In this document: piece after piece, positions 25,588-32,000 of the stretch
Layout: every line of letters begins with the position of its first letter
Position numbering within the stretch: position 1 is the stretch's first letter
NCBI GenBank assembly: GCA_016205145.1
Contig: JACQJH010000002.1
Location: 210,001 to 242,000, forward strand
DNA length: 32,000 bases
Reading direction: 5' to 3'
From: Candidatus Iainarchaeum sp.
GTDB lineage: Archaea > Iainarchaeota > Iainarchaeia > Iainarchaeales > JACQJH01
Position numbers and translations under genes: made by a program
Notes under the pieces: model-generated
Database searches by the model: none
Seen by the model: the letters and a program-made list of their open reading frames with translations, nothing else
Told to the model about the DNA's origin: nothing

Positions 25588-26151
25588 TCATGCGACTCTG
25601 TTGGTGAACCTCGCAATGAAAGCGATAAGCAGCACTGCCGCTATGAGCACAAGCGCGAGGTTGACTGCAAGGTCTGAATCAGCCGTGAAAGCCGTGCCAA
25701 GCGAAAAAAGGCCGCTTGCAGGGCCCTGGCTGGCGGAACCGGAATCATTGGCTGTGACGGGCTTGCTGCCCGACACTGAAACCGTTCCGGAATCCTTTTC
25801 CTTGACTGCAATTGTTACGGGCACAACCTTTTTTTCGCCGCCGAGCCAGACCTCAAGCGAGGCGCTCTGGTAGGTGTTTTCAAGGCCGGGTGCGGGGTAA
25901 ACGCGCAAAGTGAATTGCGCTGAACTCTGCGCTTTCACGGATTTCGGCGCGCCGATAACACTATAATTGAAGGGGGAGAAAAAGTTGGCTTCAAGGCCTT
26001 TTTCAGAAAAAGAGTCGTTGAAAACCTTTACGGAAACGTCCCGGGACTCGTTGAAAAGGGTAATCGAGCCGGGAACATTGACTGAAAATGCGAAAGCCGC
26101 GGATGCAAGGCAGACAAAGAAGAGCAGTGCAAGAAGCTTTTTCGCGAACAA
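25588..26151 (-). CDS. surface protein C: signal peptide, one beta-sandwich-like domain, S/G linker, C-terminal TM anchor (187 aa)
   Basis: N-terminus FAKKLLALLFFVCLASAAFA. C-terminus ...SGSASQGPASGLFSLGTAFTADSDLAVNLALVLIAAVLLIAFIARFTNRVA. The apparent start codon is TTG. Confidence 0.7.
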   Translation of the reverse strand: MFAKKLLALLFFVCLASAAFAFSVNVPGSITLFNESRDVSVKVFNDSFSEKGLEANFFSPFNYSVIGAPKSVKAQSSAQFTLRVYPAPGLENTYQSASLEVWLGGEKKVVPVTIAVKEKDSGTVSVSGSKPVTANDSGSASQGPASGLFSLGTAFTADSDLAVNLALVLIAAVLLIAFIARFTNRVA

Positions 26152-26163
26152 AAAAAAACACCC

Positions 26164-26178
26164 GGTTAACTGGTTAAC
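26164..26178. promoter_or_regulatory. tandem GGTTAAC t GGTTAAC (each containing the GTTAAC palindrome) 13-27 nt upstream of the surface-operon start
   Basis: Read directly. It lies between A/T-rich TATA candidates (26196-26205, 26222-26230) and the start at 26151, which is an operator-like position. Confidence 0.4.
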
Positions 26179-26255
26179 AATGCCCAGTTATTGCTATTAT
26201 AACAATTAGGCCGCCGAAGTTTTTAAAGGTATCGTTTTAACGTAAATCAGTTATT

Positions 26256-26403
26256 AGCCGGTTTCGTCCGGCTGGTCCGACGACGGGTACTCTTCGCAAA
26301 CCAATGGTTTGCGATGCGCCCAGAATCTTTGGATTCTGGTGCGTCGCTGCGCTCAGTACCCATCTGCCTAAATGTAATCCTGACCCACCCCACTAATGCA
26401 GAT
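26256..26403. ncRNA. candidate structured RNA or palindrome cluster (family not recognised)
   Basis: Nested complementarity: AGCCGG/CCGGCT (26256-73); GGGTAC (26285-90)/GTACCC (26356-61) enclosing the perfect palindrome TCGCAAACCA-a-TGGTTTGCGA (26294-314) and CCAGAATC-tttg-GATTCTGG (26320-39); then ATCTGC (26362-67)/GCAGAT (26398-403). No ORF is present. The strand is unknown. Confidence 0.3.
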
Positions 26404-26425
26404 TGTAAAGGTGGTGACCTGCCAG

Positions 26426-27046
26426 TTAAGGCAATGATGCCAGTTGGCTTGTTTTTTGGCTTGAGCCAGGCAAGCCACCTTTGCCATCCTGCCTGAGCAA
26501 AGCCTTCAGCAAATCGGATTTAGAGACAATGCCGACAATCTGGCCTTTGCTTGAAACCAGGACTGCCGGAGAGTGGTCCAAAAGCGTGTTGATGATGTTG
26601 ACGGGCGTGGACCCCAAAACCAGGGGCAGGGATTCCGCCATGACATCAGAAACTTTCAGCCTGCCAAGGTCGGCATTGCCAAGGTTGCCGAGCTTTGCAA
26701 GAACGCCTTTTTCCGAAATCGTGCCGATGCTTCTCCCGTCCAGAAGGACGGGCAGTTGCGACAGCGCCTTTGACTCCATGAGCCTGATCGCGTCCTTCAC
26801 TTTTCCATCCGGCCCCACGAAAACGATTTTCTTTGTCATTACGTCCGCGGCCGACAAGGCATTCTTCGACTGCAGCTGTTCAAGGGAATCGAAAATGCGC
26901 TTTACCTTGTCATAGCTGGGCACAATCTGCCCCGATTCAAGCTTTGCCACAAGGCTCTGCGAAACATTTGCAAGCAAAGCAAGCCCTGACTGCGTGAGGC
27001 CGAGCTGCCTGCGCTTCATCTTTATCTCTGAAAGGGTGGGAAGCAT
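26426..27046 (-). CDS. HTH (XRE-type) plus tandem CBS domain transcriptional regulator
   Basis: N-terminus IKMKRRQLGLTQSGLALLANVSQSLVAKLESGQ, followed by two CBS repeats (VMTKKIVFVGPDGKVKDAIRLM...; VMAESLPLVLGSTPVNIINTLL...IVGIVSKSDLLKAL). Confidence 0.85.
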   Translation of the reverse strand: MLPTLSEIKMKRRQLGLTQSGLALLANVSQSLVAKLESGQIVPSYDKVKRIFDSLEQLQSKNALSAADVMTKKIVFVGPDGKVKDAIRLMESKALSQLPVLLDGRSIGTISEKGVLAKLGNLGNADLGRLKVSDVMAESLPLVLGSTPVNIINTLLDHSPAVLVSSKGQIVGIVSKSDLLKALLRQDGKGGLPGSSQKTSQLASLP

Positions 27047-27220
27047 AACCTACTCTGCGGGCAAAAGGCTTTTATTCCAATCCGAATAATCGCGGCAAAA
27101 AAAATTATTAAAATAGGCGGACAATTTCTTTATGACACTGGTTTATAATAATTAACCGGCATAATCGATGCGAAAATAATGCATGTTTGCTGACGCAATA
27201 AATTTCCATGGAGCGATTTT

Positions 27221-28405
<1,185 letters not shown>

Positions 28406-28478
28406 AAAACCAAACTGGAACCCCCGTTATTTTGGTGGCAATGAAATTGAACCCACCAGGTCAAAACCCCGTTTGCCT

Positions 28479-28679
28479 TCAAGCCAACAAGAATCTGCCA
28501 TTTCCAACCAAAAAAAATAGTAATTCAACTAATTTTTTTCCCGCAGGAGCGGAAAGCGTGAACGACACGGGATTGGACCTGTAAACCCTGTTGTCTTTCA
28601 CGCCGACAACCCAGTAAGAATAAGTTCCTTTGCGGACAAACCCGCGGTATCGTGGAGTCTGTTTTACGCCGAGGCTCAC
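28479..28679 (-). pseudogene. possible remnant of an FN3-type surface-protein domain
   Basis: The GTG-initiated 66-aa ORF contains RKGTYSYWVVGVKDNRVYRSNPVSFTL, which matches the C-terminal strand pattern of FN3 domains (compare STYYYKVAAVDRAGNVS in protein B). It has no N-terminal domain or signal peptide, and it abuts the next gene. Confidence 0.25.
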
Positions 28680-28709
28680 TTTAAATTATTTTTTGTCCAA
28701 AATTGTTGC

Positions 28710-29108
28710 ATGCTCGAAGACTTCATCGAATCAAACCAATTGCAGGCGCATTTCTCGGCAACCCCGGAAGGGCCGAAAATAAAGTGCGGGGTCGCGAACT
28801 CCGGAAACTCCACAATAATCGTCATCAGTCTCAAACCCAAGGCTGTTTCGCTTGAACGCCTGCGCGAAATCGCAGACGACAAAAAACTCGAATGGGCAGT
28901 CGGCAAGGAAGTCGAGCAGATAACCGGTTACGGGGAAGGCCTTGTGCCGCCAATCTCGGTTTACGGCGCAGCGGTTTTCATCGATGCCGAAATAATGAGG
29001 CTTGACATCGTTTCATGCCAGGTCGCGGAAGAGCTGTTCCTCAACATTTCGCCCAAAGAAATAGCCGAAGCGAACATTGAAAACGACGTTGCCGAAATAG
29101 AAATCTGA
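28710..29108 (+). CDS. YbaK/aminoacyl-tRNA trans-editing domain-like protein (short, 132 aa)
   Basis: KEVEQITGYGEGLVPPISVYGAAVFIDAEIMRLDIVSCQV...ISPKEI matches the YbaK/ProX core pattern (TG...G.V.P.G....V..D..L). Confidence 0.6.
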   Translation: MLEDFIESNQLQAHFSATPEGPKIKCGVANSGNSTIIVISLKPKAVSLERLREIADDKKLEWAVGKEVEQITGYGEGLVPPISVYGAAVFIDAEIMRLDIVSCQVAEELFLNISPKEIAEANIENDVAEIEI

Positions 29109-29224
29109 AACTTTCCGAATGCCTCTTCGTTCATCGCCTTAAACCGGCAAAAATTTAAAAAGCCGTGCCGGGACAATACCATTAAATCCGCCCTTAAGCG
29201 AAGTATATTTGCAGGCGAATCAAA

Positions 29225-29743
29225 ATGAAAGGCGTTTTTCTTGTCAAATCCGTGGAAAAGGACATTGTCCAAAACAAGGGCGTCCGGGCATTCATCCTTG
29301 AACGCATTCTTAACGACCCCGAAATAAAAAAGGGCAACGCAACAAACCTTGGGGACGGCAGAACCGTCGAAGTCAGCCTTGAGGGCAGTCCGCGGGCGGT
29401 GAGGAAGTTCATCGAAAGGCTGAAAATGGAAATAACAAACGAATTCGGAAACCCTGCAATAACATTCACGGAATTCGAGGAAAACGAAGACATTGAAATT
29501 CCAAGCCTGCATAGGTCAAGCCAGGCACTTGTCCTGAACCAGTTGCAGAAAGGAATCAACGTGCAATTCAAAATACTCGAATCGCAGTCAAAGCTTTTGG
29601 AATCGCAGTCAAAACTCATTGAATCGCAAACAAAAATGGCGGACTCGCAGGCAAAAATACAGGGTTCGCAGTCGGAAATTGCGGGCTCACTCAAAACACT
29701 TCCGAAAGACATTGCAAGGGAACTGAAGGCGGGCGGTTTCTAG
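29225..29743 (+). CDS. acylphosphatase-like domain protein with a C-terminal SQ heptad-repeat tail
   Basis: By eye, the N-terminus VFLVKSVEKDIVQNKGVRAFILERILNDPEIKKGNATNLGDGRTVEVSLEGSPRAVRKFIERLK aligns with the acylphosphatase fold (VQGVGFR...G.V.N..DG.VE...EG....V..F...L). The C-terminus is ILESQSK LLESQSK LIESQTK MADSQAK IQGSQSE IAGSLKT. Confidence 0.6.
   Translation: MKGVFLVKSVEKDIVQNKGVRAFILERILNDPEIKKGNATNLGDGRTVEVSLEGSPRAVRKFIERLKMEITNEFGNPAITFTEFEENEDIEIPSLHRSSQALVLNQLQKGINVQFKILESQSKLLESQSKLIESQTKMADSQAKIQGSQSEIAGSLKTLPKDIARELKAGGF
29573..29698 (+). repeat. six tandem 21-bp (heptad) repeats inside the CDS
   Basis: Units begin at 29573, 29594, 29615, 29636, 29657 and 29678. The first three are near-identical at DNA level (GAATCGCAGTCAAA...). 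Confidence 0.85.
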
Positions 29744-29796
29744 CCTGGCCGAAATGGTTTTCCGAACCGCTGCTCTGGCCGGACAGCAGGAACTAC

Positions 29797-31470
29797 TCAG
29801 GCAACTTTGACAGCCACATCTTCTGCCGGCACGGCAATGCCATCATCAGTGCCAATAGAGTCTGCCGCGCCTGAAACCAGTTCAAGCTGTTTCCTCAAAA
29901 CTTCCTTGCCCTGCGGATCATACAGCGCAATGCCGTAACCGTCGCGGGGTTCGCCTGCCGGCAACGCAATGCCGAAAGCTGCAAAGTCATCCGGGTCATT
30001 CAAGTTGATTTCCGCGTCAGGCGAAACCGACAAGCGCGCAAAATTCAATGCAGAGGGTCTGCCAATGGAAATGTTCACGGCCGAATGCAGCAAACCGTCT
30101 TCTCCGGAAATGTTTGCCACGAAAGCCGTGAGGCCATCGGCTTCGCCTTCAGGAACCGGGTTCTCGCTTGTCCTCCTCAGGGGCGGAGCCATGATTTCGG
30201 CAAGGCGCTTCATTCTCCACAAAATCACGTTTTTCTTGACTGTGTTGATGTAAAGTGCAGTGTCGTTTTCGACGCGCGGCGCAAAAACCGGCACAATCGT
30301 GTCGACGGTTTTTTTGCCGCCGGCCATATAACTGTTGCTGTTCGCGATGAGCCTGAACCATGAATAAATGCCCTTGTCCCAGGTCGCATAACCGCAATAG
30401 CCCCTGCAATTGAAAGAGCAGATTGCCGGGTTAATTCTGGAATTGTAGCGGATGTTGCCGATGCTGTGCGAACCATAAGACGAATTGCCGCACTGTGCAT
30501 CGGGAGCGCCGCGGGCCCTGCCGACCCAATTCGGGTCGGTGCCATAATCGGACTCCCTCTCGAAAAACGCCAACGCTGCAGCGGCGTCAATGTTGTCAGC
30601 TGGAATTGCAGGGTTTAAGTAGTTGCCCCATTTTATGAACGATGCGCCGGTTCCCTGCGCCGGAGAACCATTTTCTTTCAGAACCGAGTCGATGAATGTG
30701 CTGGTAACGCACTGCTTGGGCGAACCGCTCATTTGAATCCGCAGTTCGCCTGACGCGCTTGTCTGGTCGACGACGCCGCAATCGCCGCCAAGCACTATGT
30801 CGCCGGAAATGAAAACGTCGTTGATTGTAAGCCTGCCGGCCTTTATCTGCGAAGGATTTGTTTTTGAATTCGCGAAAAGCCGCAGGTAAAGCATGTACTC
30901 AAAACCGGAAACAATCATCCAATTTTTCTCGCCGGCATCCCGGTAATAGCCGCCCTCGCCGCCATTCAATGCCGACCGCAGCTCAATCAGGTACATTGGC
31001 CCGAACGCTTCCTTTACTTCGGCTTTCCTGTCCTTTTCGCGGGGGTTAGCCAGATTGTATTGTTTGACGTCTTCAATCAGGCCGGCATTGACCAGGAAAT
31101 CCTTTATTTCATATTTTCCTGCGGAACCATTGCCAAGCCTGACAACAATGTGCTTTGACAGTTTTTTCGGCCGGGGCTGCTGGCCGGCAATGAGATCGTC
31201 AGACAGGAATTCAACAGCCAAATCGAAAGAGCCCCTCGTATCAGAATCGAAGCGGACATTTGAAACAATGATCTTGAACGGGATTTTCCTGTCGGCCTTG
31301 TCAAGCTTGAATTTCCAGACAATCTCGCTTGTGCCCCTTGCCCAGCCGTTGAAGGAAAACCTTCCGACAGGCTGTACCTGGTCCGTGCGGATGGAAAGCC
31401 TGGCGGAGGCAAAACCCGCGAACAATGACAGGAAAAGCACGAAAAAAACGAAAAGCGAAAATGCGCGCAT
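29797..31470 (-). CDS. secreted protein (557 aa) with a possible lysozyme-like (glucosaminidase/transglycosylase-type) central domain
   Basis: Signal peptide MRAFSLFVFFVLFLSLFAGFASA and no C-terminal TM. The central segment AAALAFFERESDYGTD...SIGNIRY...GYCGYATWDKGIYSWFRLI resembles the A..ESG.G...N.FGIK...Y.S...S..DY..L pattern and contains a Cys-rich insert. A TATA-like ATATTTAA lies at 31505-31512. Confidence 0.7.
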   Translation of the reverse strand: MRAFSLFVFFVLFLSLFAGFASARLSIRTDQVQPVGRFSFNGWARGTSEIVWKFKLDKADRKIPFKIIVSNVRFDSDTRGSFDLAVEFLSDDLIAGQQPRPKKLSKHIVVRLGNGSAGKYEIKDFLVNAGLIEDVKQYNLANPREKDRKAEVKEAFGPMYLIELRSALNGGEGGYYRDAGEKNWMIVSGFEYMLYLRLFANSKTNPSQIKAGRLTINDVFISGDIVLGGDCGVVDQTSASGELRIQMSGSPKQCVTSTFIDSVLKENGSPAQGTGASFIKWGNYLNPAIPADNIDAAAALAFFERESDYGTDPNWVGRARGAPDAQCGNSSYGSHSIGNIRYNSRINPAICSFNCRGYCGYATWDKGIYSWFRLIANSNSYMAGGKKTVDTIVPVFAPRVENDTALYINTVKKNVILWRMKRLAEIMAPPLRRTSENPVPEGEADGLTAFVANISGEDGLLHSAVNISIGRPSALNFARLSVSPDAEINLNDPDDFAAFGIALPAGEPRDGYGIALYDPQGKEVLRKQLELVSGAADSIGTDDGIAVPAEDVAVKVA

Positions 31471-31530
31471 AAAAAAAACAACAATAACACTTTTGGCGTT
31501 CGGAATATTTAAGCATTATCACGCGCGGAT

Positions 31531-32000
31531 TCAGCCGAAAGCCGAAGCGATTTTGCGAAGCGCCTGCGCAAAAATTTCAATTTCCTCGTTTGAATTGTAA
31601 AAGTAAAAACTTGCCCTCGCCAGGCCGTCCCTGTTGAATTTCGAGACAAGCGGCTCCGCGCAGTGCATTCCGCTCCGGATTGCGACATTCGCTGTTTCAT
31701 CCAATGACAATGCAACGTCATGGCAGTTCATTCCCGGAATGTCGAAAAGGACGATGCTGCCCTGCTTTTCAGCGTCCAGCGGGTTGAAGAATTTTATTCC
31801 CTTGATGCCTGAGAGCTTTTCAAACGCAAGCTTTGTCAGCTTTTTTCCATGCGCCCGGATGTTTTCCAGTCCTGCTTTGCGGATGTAATCGGCGGCCTCG
31901 CCGAAGCCGATGCCTTCCGCAATCGCGGGAGTGCCGGCCTCGAACTTGTATGGAAGCTTGTTCCACGTCGCGGAATGCTCCTGCACCGAAAAAATCATGT
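31531..32000 (-). CDS. sufS: cysteine desulfurase, group II (SufS/CsdA-like), C-terminal part; the N-terminus lies beyond the window
   Basis: KFEAGTPAIAEGIGFGEAADYI... and the active-site loop RSGMHCAEP (consensus R.GHHCA.P). The frame is open to the window end. Confidence 0.85.
   Translation of the reverse strand, partial: MIFSVQEHSATWNKLPYKFEAGTPAIAEGIGFGEAADYIRKAGLENIRAHGKKLTKLAFEKLSGIKGIKFFNPLDAEKQGSIVLFDIPGMNCHDVALSLDETANVAIRSGMHCAEPLVSKFNRDGLARASFYFYNSNEEIEIFAQALRKIASAFG

Noticed and set aside
26207-26370. 5S rRNA-like strings (UUAGGCCGCC, GUACCCAUC) and possible SRP RNA or RNase P RNA identity for the structured intergenic element.
   Set aside because: The element lacks the conserved 5S CCGAAC/GGAAGUUAAGC core, the SRP helix-8 GGAA/AGCA motifs and the RNase P GAGGAAAGUCC. 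Its length and helix layout do not fit any of the three.
27047-27220. A possible SAM riboswitch or leader upstream of metK.
   Set aside because: The region is AT-rich with only weak 4-bp pairings and no SAM-I/II/III core sequences. It is better explained as two divergent promoters.

Overview
This ~50% GC, densely coding window reads as a chromosomal segment of an archaeon, possibly a small-genome or uncultivated lineage. The archaeal call rests on a tRNA-Pro with a canonical bulge-helix-bulge intron, NucS/EndoMS, an Lrp/AsnC regulator, and TTTAAA-type TATA boxes about 25 nt upstream of many start codons. Most genes are housekeeping: prs, pyrG, metK, a sufS fragment, an ABC-2 exporter, a 2-TM K+ channel, TraB, a Trbp111-like tRNA-binding protein, a YbaK-like domain protein and an Lhr helicase-metallophosphoesterase repair pair. 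Two blocks look accessory. Block (i), 14.4-19.9 kb, is an envelope/glycoconjugate locus: two GT4 glycosyltransferases, a CDP-alcohol phosphatidyltransferase, and an unusual pair of an HPr-kinase-like P-loop protein and a Pol-beta-type nucleotidyltransferase. Block (ii), 20.8-26.2 kb, is a minus-strand operon of three signal-peptide, beta-sandwich-repeat surface proteins. All three share an SG[LF]F[ST] motif just before a C-terminal TM anchor. A palindrome-rich, possibly structured intergenic element and an HTH-CBS regulator lie upstream of this operon. Other points worth a second look: a 47-bp direct repeat duplicating the 3' end of a PHP phosphoesterase gene; a bacterial-type MetK in an archaeal context; a secreted protein with a lysozyme-like signature; an acylphosphatase-like protein ending in six 21-bp/heptad SQ repeats; and a zinc-ribbon ORF whose two halves sit in different frames. 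I saw no rRNA, CRISPR array, transposase or integrase. All functional calls come from reading motifs in the translated ORFs; no database search or folding program was run.
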